From Octopus sinensis (taxonomy: Eukaryota): a stretch of 50,671 nucleotides of DNA. A model generated the notes under the pieces. The model saw only the letters and a program-made list of their open reading frames with translations, was not told the DNA's origin and did no database searches. The DNA is taken from positions 1 through 50,671 of the forward strand of contig NW_021834185.1 in NCBI RefSeq assembly GCF_006345805.1. The letters run 5' to 3'. This document shows, piece after piece, positions 22,795 through 35,258 of this stretch. The translations under genes were made by a program, and so were the position numbers. Each line of letters starts with the position of its first letter. Positions within the stretch are counted from its first letter, which is position 1.

Positions 22795-23555
22795 TTAAAA
22801 AAATGTATTTGATTGCCCTGAGAGTTCAAACTCTATTCGTTTCATCTTCATCTCGTAGTATCGAGTCTGTGTCTGGATTCGCTTCTTGTCTGCTAACAGC
22901 ACTTCATACTGGAGCTGTAAAAGGTCTCCTTGTGTCACAGTGGCTGCTGAGTTCATGGAACCTTGGTGGGAAGATTTAGCTGAATGAGGAAGTGTGGCAG
23001 CCAGTGAAGGCTCTTGGTTGAGGGGTAACGACGTCAAGGACGTGGAGGAAACTGGGAAGGAACGGTAAGAGTTAAGAGTGCGAGACGGTAATGAGGAGTT
23101 TGATGAAGCATTTGGGGATATCATTGATGTAGGAATGGCACTGTTGGAGGACTTTAACAGAAAGTTACGAACAGATCTGTTCCGAGAAAATGGTCGAGTT
23201 GATGACAATGGTGAAGAGTACATCCTTTTTGTTGACAGCGACGACATACCAGTTAATGGACGTAATTTAGATGAGTTGAAAGAGGTGAAAAGTCGCTGTG
23301 ACCTGGATGGTGTCCGCACCGGTGTGTGAGTGGTGGTGCCAGCATTGTTGTCTGTGAGATTAATGGTAAATTTATGAGAACTGTAATTGTTGTAGTTGTT
23401 GTCAGCAATGGAAGCAGGATTGCAGGTAACAGAGTCTGGTAATATTTCAGTATTGGCTCCATCTGTTAAAACTCTTTCAACTGGTTCATTATGGATTTCA
23501 TTGACCAATAATGGTTCATCTTTTAAAACAGGATCTGGAATTTCTTCTTTTATAA
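22795..23555 (-). CDS. Myb/SANT-like DNA-binding protein, terminal coding exon (S/T/N-rich region, C-terminal coiled-coil-like segment)
   Basis: Acceptor TTTTCTCAATTTCCTTTCATTTTAG at 23556, phase 1; open frame (V)IKEEIPDPVLKDE...LLQLQYEVLLADKKRIQTQTRYYEMKMKRIEFELSGQSNTFF*; phase matches the donor at 32687. Confidence 0.8.
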
Positions 23556-23662
23556 CTAAAATGAAAGGAAATTGAGAAAATGTGATGACAAATGAATCAA
23601 AAACATTACTGAGGTATATTCAGCTGCTCTCTCCCTTTAATCATAACCTCGATCATTTTTAA

Positions 23663-23882
23663 CCCTTTAGCATTCAGATTACTCTGTCAAATGTAAAGCC
23701 TGTTTAATCACATTGTTTTAAATTAATTGTGCAGCATCTTGTAACTCTGAGGTTTTGATGATGTCCCTGTTTATTTTTAGAATGACTTTGTAGGGTAGGT
23801 GTGAGAGGTCAGAGCTGGCTGGTTTGAGCATAAAACAAGAAGACAATTTTGGCCTGATATGGCCGGTTTAAACACTAAAGGG
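23663..23882. mobile_element. piggyBac-type MITE, second family (220 bp)
   Basis: TTAA|CCCTTTAG...CTAAAGGG|TTAA; related copy in opposite orientation at 40829-41037. Confidence 0.8.
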
Positions 23883-24161
23883 TTAATGGTGGGACACAAG
23901 GGAGATGAAGCTATAAATAATAGCATGTAAATATTGGGCTTAAAAACCCCTGTGGATGGGGAAAGTTGAAGGCTGCTTGTAGGACTTGAACCAACATCTA
24001 TAAACATGACAGATGTCCTACCAGTGAACCAAAGCATTCCTTTAAATTTCTCCATCTATTTTAGAATCTTTGTATATTGTTTACATCTTAAGAATTTAGA
24101 AACTTCAATAAAATATGAAATAATTTTTTCAGCGGAACTGAAAGTAGATAAAGCTATAAAC

Positions 24162-25320
24162 CAGTGGTTCTCAGTGTTGAGCCTGATGCCCACTGGGTGG
24201 GCCTGGGAAAATTTTGAGGGTGCCTGAGAAAGTTCTGAGAGGACCTTGGAAATTTTCTGGATTGGAAACAAGCTGTTTTTAGTATTCAATTTGTAGTCTT
24301 GACCAGCATTGCCGAAAGATTTTCCCAAAACGTAACAAATGTTTATCTCAAAACATTACAAATGTAACAAATAAAATCGTTAAACAACGATGATGAAGAT
24401 GACCATTAGAAGTATCCATAAAGAAGAAGAAAAAAAAACGATGTAGGAAAAAAGGGAATTAGTTGCAAAGGTGAGTAAAGCTCACACAACCAGTGAAATT
24501 TTTGTTAAACCAGCAATTTTGGTGTGTGTAAAAGGAATTGCTTGGAGAAAAGGCTACGAAAAGTCCCTTTCTCCAATGACACTGTTAAAAGAAGGCAAGA
24601 AGAGATGGCAGAAACCCTGGAGGAACAACTGGTGGTCAAGCTTAAAGTCTTCAAGTTTTCTCTCCAAATTGCTGAAACAACTCTTCATAACTGCTGCTTG
24701 CTACTTGCCTATGTTCGCTTTATTGAAGAGCTGACAAAATGAGAAGAAATGCTGTTTATGAAAGCATTAACTGATACAAAGAGTGAGACTATATTTGAAG
24801 CCGTCAAATCTTATTTCGAAAAAAAAAAAGAAATCCCATTATTGAATCTGCTGCAAATTGTTAAAGATGTTACAAATGCAATGACAGGTAGACACAATGG
24901 ATTTAAAGCGAAACTGAAAGAGATCACCCCACTGCATCATCCATTGACCAACACCTTGTTGCTAAATCACTCAATAGTGAAACGACGATTTCATCTGTCA
25001 ATTTTGTCAAAGCCAATGCTCTCAACAAAAGGCTATTTTCACAACACTGAGAAAATTAGGAGCACCAAATGCTTCTATTACATACCAAAGTTCGATGGCC
25101 GTCAAAAGGTGATTGTCTCACATGCCTTGTACAAATGTGGGAAGCACTTCTGCTTTTCCTTGAGAACATGCAGCTTCAAGCAAGCTGGTGGAAGCAGAAG
25201 GAAAGGGCAAACTTCCTGCTTGAAACTATGATTGATATTGATACAAAGGCAGGAATTTTCTACTTTGCTGACATTTACTTGCAGGTCAAAAGCCTTAAAT
25301 AAATCGCTTCAAAGATGCGG
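24162..25320 (+). mobile_element. hAT Charlie/Buster-type (ZBED5/FAM200-like) transposase fossil with left terminus
   Basis: Starts CAGTGGTTCTCA after CTATAAAC (nnnTAnnn); frameshifted KAHTTSE..VKP, KVPFSNDTVKRR, FSLQIAETT, LLAYVRF, NAMTGRHNGF, LLLHTKVRWPSKG. Confidence 0.85.
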
Positions 25321-25699
25321 CACAACAATAGTGGACTGTTGGCATTAGGAAGGGCATCCCACTGTAGAAACTTTGCCGGATCAGATTGGAGCCTGGTGCA
25401 GCCTTCTGGCTTGCCAGGCCTCAGTCAAACTGTCAGCATGGAAAGTGGACATTAAACGATGACATAAAGGCGGCGAGCTGGCAGAAACGTTAGCACACCG
25501 GGCGAAATGTTTTGCGGTATTTCGTCTGCTGCTACGTTCTGAGTTCAAATTCCGCCGAGGTCGACTTTGCCCTTCATCCTTTCAAGGTCGATTAAATAAG
25601 TACCAGTTACACACTGGGGTCGATATAATCGACTTAACCTGTTTGTCTGTCCTTGTTTGTCCCCTCTGTGTTTACCCCTTGTGGGTAGTAAAGAAATAG

Positions 25700-26625
25700 A
25701 TGACATATGTGTTTTTTGTGTCCATGGAACAGCAGCGATGACAAGAAGAACTACAAAAACAAAAGACATAAAAATACACAAATTACCACAGCCTATTACT
25801 TGCTTACCAGCAAAGAGCTTCAAAAATCTGCTCTACTTGACTGTCACATAGGGACTGGCTGTTGGACTATTACTATGTTCTTGAACCAAGGTTGCTGACT
25901 CAAGATAAATACTTCCTGGATTACAGTTGGGCTACAGAAAGCATATGTGCTTTTTGTGTCCATGGAACAGCAGCGACGAAAAGAACCACTACAAAAAAAC
26001 ATGATTGGCCATCTAGAACTGGACATATTGTTGGTAAACACAATGTGAAACACCCATCACTTATTGACCCTCAGTAAATACATCTTCCACCACTTCACAT
26101 TAAAGTTGGCCTCATGAAAAATTTCATGAAGGGTATGGATCACCAAGGTAGTGGTTTCCAATACTGAAAGATAAATTCAAAGGAATATAAACAGATGCTA
26201 AACTAGAAGCTGCAGTTTTCACTGGGTCACAGATCCGCAGAGACATCCATGACTCATCGTTACCATCGAACTAGGAAAACGAATATCTTTTGTTGAAGAT
26301 GCTGAAAATTTTCTTCGAAATCACAAAACTGAAAACCATCAGGAACTCATAGAAAATATGTTTGAATCTTATGAAAAGATGGGATGCAGAATGTCTTTGA
26401 AAATGCATTTTTTTACATTCTCATCTTGACTTCTTCCTGACCAACCTTGGGGCTGTGAGTGACAAACATGGTGAGTACTTCTACCAACTGATCTCAGTAA
26501 TGGAAAACAGATACCAGGGTAATTCCAACCCAATTATGATGGGAAATTATTGTTGGTTGATGCAGAAGGAGAGCTCATCTCCCTTCAAGTGACAAAGGAA
26601 GAGGAAACACCAAAGTTTCATTTAA
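25700..26625 (+). mobile_element. DDE DNA transposase fossil, probably CMC/Chapaev-3-like
   Basis: GLQLGYRKHMCFLCPWNS, LPPLHIKVGLMKNF, GCRMSLKMHF, NLGAVSDKHGE...ENRYQG, with stops and frameshifts. Superfamily assignment is from memory of motifs only. Confidence 0.7.
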
Positions 26626-28842
26626 AAACAGGAAGTAGCCTTTTGGTAGTAACGACAAAATACTAACACACTTTGGGTGGATGGTCAGATGCAGGGATGG
26701 TAATTCTGCCACCAGAATTCCACTGTCTTAAGCCAGAATAAAGGAGGAAAGAAGTCCCTGTTCACTAATTATTTAATTATCATCATCATCATTTAACATC
26801 TGTTTTCTATGCTAGCATGGGTTGGACGGTTCGACCGGGGTCTGGGAAGCCAGGAGGCTGCACCAGGCTCCAATCTGATCTGGCAATGTTTCTACAGCTG
26901 GATGCCCTTCCTAACGCCAACCACTCCGTGAGTGTAGTGGGTGCTTTTTACGTGCCACCATCATAGATGCCAGGGGAGGCTGGCAGCGGCCACAATCGGT
27001 TGGTGCTTATATATAGATCATCATCTGGTATGGGTCAGATGGTTTGACTGGGCCTGATGAGCTGGGGAACTGCACCAGGTTCCAGTCTGATTTGGCATGG
27101 TTTTTTCCACAGCTGGATACCCTTCTTAATGCCAACCACTCCAGGAGTGTAATGGGTGCTTTTACATGCCACTGGCACGGGTGCTGAACATGTGTGTGCA
27201 GCATTTGTTCCTTTGTCTTGCGATTAACATAAAATGTAGCACAGAAAATCAGCTTAGATGGCTTTCATAATAGAAGCAGGTGTGGAAAAAATTTTAAATA
27301 GGGGTTTTCGGTTACACAAAATCTGGGCAAGGCTCGAGAAATTTAGATATTAGATATGAAATTAGCATCAGAATGTTGCCTAGTGTTAAATTGTTCAATA
27401 TGTGCCTTTTCATGAAGACAATATAGTGTAGTTTGAGGGAGAGGTGGCTATTATTTCAAGCAAATTGAGTGATTAGGTAGAGGCCTCCTAACAGACTTGT
27501 TATTAAAGACTCTACATAGTGGTAAGTGAGCGTGTGGCTGTGTGCTAAGAGGTTCGCTTTCTAACCACGATTCCAGAGTTCAGTGTCTACTGCTATAACC
27601 CCAGGACAACCAAAGCCTTGGGAATAGATTTGGCAGATGGAAACTGAAAGAAGCCCATCGTGTGTGTGTGTGTGCGTGCGTGTTCATGTATATATATGTG
27701 TGAGTGTGTGTGTGTGCGCGCGTGTTTGCTCCCCACTACCACTTGACAGTCGGTGTTAGTTTGTTTACATTCCCGTAACTTAGCGGTTCGGTAAAAGAAG
27801 CCGATAGAATAATTACCAGGCTTTAAAAAAATAAAAATAAAAATAAGTCCTGGGATTGATTTAATCAACCAAAACTCTTCAAAGTGGTGCCCCAGCATGG
27901 CCGCAGTCTAATGATTGAAACAAGTGAAAGGTAAAAGATAAAAGAAGATACTGCCAGGTGTAGGCATGGCTGTGTGGTAAGAAGCTTGCTTCCCAACCAG
28001 ATGGTTCCAGGTTCAGTCCCATTGCGTGCTACCTTGGGTAAGTGTCTTCTGCGTGAATTTTGTAGTCGGAAACTGAAAGAAACCCGTCGTATAAATAAAT
28101 AAATATGTCGGTTCGGCAAAAGAGACCGATAGAATAAGTACTGGGCTTACAAAGAATAAGTCCCGGGGTTGATTTGCTCGACTAAAGGCGATGCTCCAGC
28201 ATGGCCGCAGTCAAATTACTGAAACAAGTAAAAGAGTATGTGTGTGTGTGGTCTTTGTCCCCACTACCATCGCTTGACAACTTAGCGGTTCGGGAATAAA
28301 GAACCGATAGAATACGTACTAGACTTGCAAAGAATAAGTCTGGGGGGTCGATGTCTTCGACTAAAAACCCTTCAAGGCGGTGCCCCAGCTCAAACAAGTA
28401 AAAGAGTAAAGTTGAATTGAACAGTTGCGGTTTCTGCTCCACAACGTAAGCAAAAATTGGGTACAAGGGACGTAACCGCAGCGGAACGGCAGAGCAATGA
28501 GGTATTTCGACCCGAGAAGCGAAGGGCCAAGATTGCAATCGGACCCAAACCGTCGCACAGTGCCGTCCAACTTGGGATTTCGTAATTACGAAGAATCATG
28601 TCGAGGAACAAACAAGGTGCTGCCTTCCTTACACGTGACATTGTTTTGTCAAAATCGGAAGTCACCTTGTGTTTTGAAAAATCAGTGAACAGAGAAATTC
28701 TGCTAAAAGGCCACAAATATATATATATATATATATATATATCAATAATAATAAAGGGTGAGATTAATTAATTTGGAATAATCATTAATTTCACCAAGTA
28801 GATTTCGGCATGTAAAAGCCCCATTCAAGGAAGGTTTAAGTA

Positions 28843-29102
28843 ATACTAAATAATTAAGGGTTAGCAACGATTTGCCCACCACACACACCGAATTTAGAAA
28901 TAGCAGTCAAAGAGTTTTGGCTATTCTTTCTACTTAAAAGGGAGATCCCAGTAAAACCACAGCAGCATTAAAGCCTTTTAAGTGCTGTGGTTTTACTGGG
29001 ATCTCCCTTTAAGTAGAAAGAATAGCCAAAAACTCTTGACTGCTATTTCTAAATTCGGTGTGTGGTGGGCAAATCGTTGCTAAACCCTTAATTACTTAGT
29101 AT
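28843..29102. repeat. Fold-back inverted repeat, about 120-bp arms, ending in (TA)n
   Basis: Arms 28843-28964 and 28983-29102, with a few indels. Confidence 0.95.
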
Positions 29103-29137
29103 ATATATATATTAATATATATATATATATATATTAG

Positions 29138-29198
<61 letters not shown>

Positions 29199-30479
29199 GG
29201 TTTGGAAACGGTCCTAGCTCAGTCATAATTTACGTAAATTGATCATCATTGTATTAAATTTCAAATGTCATTCATAACTGAAAACGTTTCGGTCAAGCGT
29301 TTTGGTCTGGTTTCGGGGAGAAGAGGGAAAAGGGGAGCGGACTAACTGTACTGTTCACCCCGCCCCCTCTCCCTCCCGCAATCAGTTTTTCTCTTCAGAG
29401 CAGACATCTGATCAAAGAAAAAGACGTTCCAGCCTCGACCAACCTGTCTTTTTATTTACTTTCATATATACGCAAAATGTACTAGGACTATATTAACTAA
29501 TCAAACGCACCATTCCGCTTGAGTATATTCTCATCAAGGTCGACTTTGCCTTTTATCCTTTCGGGGTCGATTAAATAAGTACCAGTTACGCACTGGGATC
29601 GATATAATCGACTTAATCTGTTTCTCTGTCCTTGTTCGTCCCCCTCTGTGTTTAGCCCCTTGTGGGTAGTAAAGAAATAGTATATTCTCATCAAGTACAT
29701 TGCTATGTGTGTGTGCTTAGAAGGCAGGAAAAAAGTGAGTACTCGTGTAGAGAATAAGTAAAAGAGAGAGAAGTGGAGGGGTACATGTGGGGTTAAAGGG
29801 TAATTTGGAGATTAATGTTTTCACAGGCCAATCGCTTAATATAGTGGGGGTTTTTCTAGTTTCAGCTCAGAGCTGCGGCCATGCGGATGCACCGCCGTTA
29901 TATATACATACATACGATAGGCTTCTTTCAGTTTCCGTCTACCAAATCCACTCACAGGGTATTGGTCGGCCCGAGGCTATTGCAGAAGAAACTCGCCCAA
30001 GATGCCAGGCAGTGGGACTGAACCCGGAACCATGTGGTTGGTTAGCAAGCTACTTACCACACAGCCACTCCTGCAAACATATACATACATTTATATATAT
30101 ACGCTTATGTATTTATTTTCAAGATTCCTGGTGTGAAATCGTGTCTTGAAACGGACCATCCCGAAATATATGTGTGTATATATATATATATGAATATATA
30201 CATATACACACAAATAGATAAGTTTTGTGCCTGAGCTTGTAACGACCTGTAAGTTTTGTCAACAACCTGCCACGGGTATAGGAGGAACGAAATAAAACAG
30301 ATTATATACATACATACACAGACCACCAGGTAACACAACTCCACCACGTGCCCTAAATGTTTTAGAAATCAGTTGCAAAATGAGAGATTTCACTTTTTCT
30401 TTTCAGAATTTTCTTCTCTTTATTTTTTTTTTTTTGCGAAATACGGATTTTATGATTCATGTGTGAGTGTGTGTTCTTG

Positions 30480-30960
30480 ATACTCGTTTAGAACAAGTAG
30501 TTTTACACCATTACACTATTTTTTCTTAGTTTTAAGGCCGTGGACTGAAGATGTGAAATTTCCGAAGCCTCTCCCCCACCCCCCTTTCGCGAGCGCGCAT
30601 TTTTTTCATGATAGTCGTTTAGAGCAAGTTGTTTTACACCTACTACGCTGTTTTTGTGTTTTGTTTTTGTGCCCGGTTCAGACGCTTTCGGAAATTCCCG
30701 ATATAATATTCCGAGGCCTCTTCCCCACCCCTCTTTCGCGAGAGCGCATTTTTTTTTGTCATATTCGTTTAGAGCAAGTTGTTTTACACATCCACTTTAT
30801 TTTTTGTTTTGGTGCCCGGTCAGCTCCTCAGACGCTTTCGGAACTTCCGATGTGAACTTTTGAATTTTCCGAGGCCTCTCCCCCACCCCCCTTTCGCGTG
30901 CGCGAATTTTTTTTTTCATATTCGTTCATAGGAAGTTGTTTTACACCTATTACACACATT
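30480..30960. repeat. CpG-rich tandem repeat, about 150-158-bp unit, about 3.5 copies
   Basis: CCGA(A/G)GCCTCT..CCCCACC at 30562, 30711 and 30869. Confidence 0.85.
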
Positions 30961-31322
30961 TTTTTTTTGATTTTCTGATTTTGTTACGCCCTATATTAAC
31001 CGTTATTTCTAGCATATCAAGTGACCACGTAATATATAAGTAACTAGGGGAAGAATTAGCTCATTTTTATTATTTCGTAATTTATGTGATTATACTGCTT
31101 TTAAAAACCAATTAGGAATTTTATCTTCGTTAATTGAATTTTTTCCCCTTTCAATGTGAAAATACCTTTAATGTAACGCCAATCAATTCGATACCTTTGC
31201 TAACCGGTGGTTGTTTTCGAATTCGGATGTCGGTCGACTTCGATAAACTGCACAAATTGATGGGAGTATTCTCCATAAAATTGGATTAAGGAACCTGAAA
31301 TCCTTAATTATAAGGAATAATT

Positions 31323-31353
<31 letters not shown>

Positions 31354-31414
31354 GTAGTTATGTCTGGAGAGAATCATTTTCTTTTTGTGCCTTATAATTT
31401 AAGACACCGGTAAA

Positions 31415-31460
<46 letters not shown>

Positions 31461-31641
31461 GTGTGTGTATATATATATTTTTAATCCATTCTTGTTGCTT
31501 TTTTCCTATTTGTAATCACCCAACTTGTCGTATGGTTAACACCATATAGATTTCCGATGCATCCTAGTTAAGGACCATATTCATGTGAATTCATTAGAAT
31601 TCACTTGAATCTCAATCACTTAACAACCGTATATATATATA

Positions 31642-31697
<56 letters not shown>

Positions 31698-31703
31698 GTG
31701 TGT

Positions 31704-31735
<32 letters not shown>

Positions 31736-32687
31736 TATATAATATGTGTGTGTGTGTATGTATATATATATATATAGGCGCATACCTACACAAATGTGAC
31801 CCTTCTGTCGATTTAATTTCCTCATAACTTTCCGGAAAATGGATATCTTTTCATGGAAATTTCTGCAAATTTGTTTCAGGTGGTGTCGATTTCAATTACT
31901 TCGGAATTTGTGGCTATATGGTAAGCAGCTTGCTTATCAATCACATGGTTCCAGTTTCAGTTGCACTGCGTGACACCTTGGGCAAGTGTCTTCTACCTTA
32001 GCCTTGTGAGTGGATTTGATAGACGGAAACTGAAAGAAGCCTGTCGTATATGCATGTATGTATGTATATGTTTGTGCCCCCACCATCCACGTAGCATAGC
32101 AGTTCGGCAAAAGGAAGCAATAGAATAAGTACTAGGCTTACAAAGTATAAGTCCTGGGGTCGATTTGTTCGATTAAAGATGGTGCTTCGGCATGGCCACA
32201 CTCAAATGACTGACACAAATAAAATAATATATATTTATATATTTGTATACATGTGTATGTATGTATGTGTGTGTGTGGAGCAACCTTCGACTTTTTCAAT
32301 CCAAAACGGCTTTTTGAACCCATGCTTATAGTGCTATATGTACTTCGAGGTCCACTGTTTCAGAGACTGATATCTATCTATCTGTCTGTATCTATATATA
32401 TATATATATATATATTCTTTATTGCCCACAAGGGGCTAAACATAGAGGGGACAAACAAGGACAGACAAAGGGATTAAGTCGATTATATCGACCCCAGTGC
32501 GAAACTGGTACTTTATTTATCGACCCCGAGAGGATGAAAGGCAAAGTCGACCCCGGCGGAATTTGAACTCAGAACGTAACGACAGACGAAATACCGCTAA
32601 GCACTTCGTCCGGCGTGCTAACGTTTCTGCCAGCTCGCCGCCTTTATCTATATATATATAGACATATAATCCATACTCCATACTCAC

Positions 32688-33530
32688 CGATTGTAAGGTC
32701 TTCTCCAACGCCAGGGTCGTTCACAAGACTCTCCCCATTAATTAGGGAATTGGTAACAACAGTCGCATTATTGACAAGTGTGTTATTGTTATTTGGGACG
32801 TGATTACTACTGTTCGTGTTATTATTATTATTTTTAATACTGTTGATGCTGATGTTGTTGTTGTTGTTACCGTTTACCGTGGTGGTTACTACAGTGGTGG
32901 AGCCAGCGGCGATCGAGTACCCGGGATCGCTTCCATCGGTGGTCACCTGTGTAACGGTAGCAATGGGATCGATGCCGTCGACGACGGAGGTGATCACGAC
33001 ACCACCACCGCCGCCGCCGCCCCACCACCACCACCCAACGGTTCCAACTGGACATCGAGCAACGATGATGACGACGGCGGTGGCGGTGGTTGTGATTGCT
33101 GTTGTTGTTGTTGTACATGTTGTTGTTGTTGTTTGTCCGGACCGATAGCTGCTAGTCTAACCACCCGGTTACCACCGTTAATCAAAGACGGACTGGTGGT
33201 CGTGGCAGCGGCGATGTTCAGACTGTCCAGTTCTTCGAAAGTTCGAAGGTTGATCTTCCTCTCGGCGAACATTCGCCTCGCCTTCCTCTGCATGTTTCTC
33301 CATTTCTCCTTCACTTCGCTCACACGACGTCTGTTGACACCAACGGCATTAATAGCATCGGTTATGCGCTCCCAGATCCTCTGCTTCTTCTGGTTCGTAA
33401 TGGAATTGGTCAGTTTCGAGTTGAGAATTATCATGTGCTTTTCGTATTCATGGGTGAGGATCGACACCTCCTTTTCGGAGAAATTCCGTTTCTTCGATCT
33501 TTTCTTGAACAGAAACTTGGTGTCGTTCAT
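32688..33530 (-). CDS. Myb/SANT-like DNA-binding domain protein (Harbinger-derived type), coding exon 1, with an apparent 1-nt deletion at about 33020
   Basis: KRNFSEKEVSIL...KKQRIWERITDAINAVG...VSEVKEKWRNM, a Myb_DNA-bind_5-like pattern; a second frame continues VITSVVDG...DLTI G to the donor GTGAGT at 32687. Confidence 0.8.
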
Positions 33531-33782
33531 GATTCCGTTTCTTTTTCATTTAGTTTGCTGCCATGATGGGACTGATGCATGCCGGGACGACGACGCTGCT
33601 TCTCTCTCTCTCTCTCACCCTCGCTCTCTCTCTCTCTATCTATCTAACCATCTCTTTGCCTATGTTTTTCTCTCTCTGTATCACTCTATCTGTTTTCTCT
33701 TTATATCTATATCTATTTCCATCTCTACCTCACTCTTTTCCATTCTCTCACTCTCCCCCTCTCCACATATCTAACTCTCTCT

Positions 33783-33831
33783 TTATCTATCTATCCATCT
33801 ATCTATCTATCTATCTACCTATCTATCTATC

Positions 33832-33884
<53 letters not shown>

Positions 33885-33938
33885 CCTATCTACCTATCTA
33901 TCTAGATCTATCTATCTATCTATCTTATCTATCCATCC

Positions 33939-33976
<38 letters not shown>

Positions 33977-33977
33977 A

Positions 33978-34020
<43 letters not shown>

Positions 34021-34035
34021 TTATATCTCTATCTA
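33783..34035. repeat. (TCTA)n / GATA tetranucleotide array upstream of the Myb/SANT gene
   Basis: Directly visible. Confidence 0.95.
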
Positions 34036-34841
34036 TTTCTCTCTTCAGTTAATTTCTGTATCTTTCTTTCCCCCTCACACTCTATATATTTCACTCTGCT
34101 GCCCCCTCCTCACTACCTCTATCTCTCTTTTACCACCCGTTTTACCGTAGTGTAATCGGTAAACACTGTAAATGGAACGAATATTACTTACAGAATCTCA
34201 TTCAATTACAATTATTATCCGTTAAAAACAAACTATATAAATCAAAATTTATTTTCTCATAACACGGGAGTAATTTAACGAAAAAGAGAAAAAAATAATT
34301 TTAAAAAAAATACGAAACTATGAACCGAGCTTATTCAATGGTTAAAACGTTGGAGAAATTGAATTTCGAAGTTGAACATCGATTGCCTCCCCTGGTCTCT
34401 TTATATCTAACACCCATATCTTTCAAGTGTTAATCCTTTCTGTCAAGTATTTCTCTGTTTAAATCATATTATTGTAAGTTGTTGCAATTAAAACAGAAAT
34501 TTCATAGATAAAATAGTTGTTAGGTTTTGTTATTGAATGCAAACTCCTCATCCATGAGGCTTAAAATGTCGAAAATTTTTACATTATTCGGCTTGCAGTA
34601 AGAAAGTTACAGAATTGTCTCCCTTCAAACCTGTGAATGAACAACTTTCAGCAATTTCGGTTGATGTGGTTTCGTGGCTTCCGGATCAGTTTTGACCAAA
34701 ATTATTCCAAGCATAACTATATTGTCTTTTCGAACCGCTAAGTTACGGAAACGTAAACACACCAATACCGTTTATCAAGCGGTGGTGGGAGACAATCACA
34801 GACACAAAGACGTACATACATGAACATACACACACATATAC

Positions 34842-35063
34842 TCTCTTTTTTTACTCTTTTACTTGTTTCAGCCAGTCGACTGCGGCCATGCTTCAGCACC
34901 GCCTTTAGTCGAGCAAATCGACCCCGGGACTTATTCTTTGTAAGCCCAGTACTTATTCTATCGGTCTCTTTTGCCGAACCGCTAAGTGACGGAGACATAA
35001 ACACACCAGTATCGGTTGTCAAGCAATGTTTGGGGGACAAACACAGACACACAAACATACACG

Positions 35064-35103
<40 letters not shown>

Positions 35104-35258
35104 CGACGGGCTTCTTTCAGTTTCCGTCTACCAAATCCACTCACAAGGCTTTAGTCGGCCCGAGGCTATAGTAGAAGACACTTGCCCAAGGTGCCACGTA
35201 GTGGGACTGAACCCGGAACCATGTGGTTGGTAAGCAAGCTACTTACCACACAGCCACT
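34842..35258 (-). mobile_element. SINE family C, full length
   Basis: Complete family C sequence; a partial + copy abuts it at about 34730-34810. Confidence 0.9.

Noticed and set aside
23078-23329. 83-aa acidic + strand ORF
   Set aside because: Antisense to the longer, splice-supported - strand exon.
28390-28716. 108-aa - strand ORF in the Myb/SANT intron
   Set aside because: No recognisable motif and no convincing splice sites; not included in the gene model.
22795-33530. Active Harbinger transposon
   Set aside because: No nuclease ORF, TIRs or target duplication recognised; the large TE-filled intron fits a host gene better.
32800-33774. 324-aa + strand ORF
   Set aside because: Antisense shadow of the Myb/SANT exon plus (CT)n.
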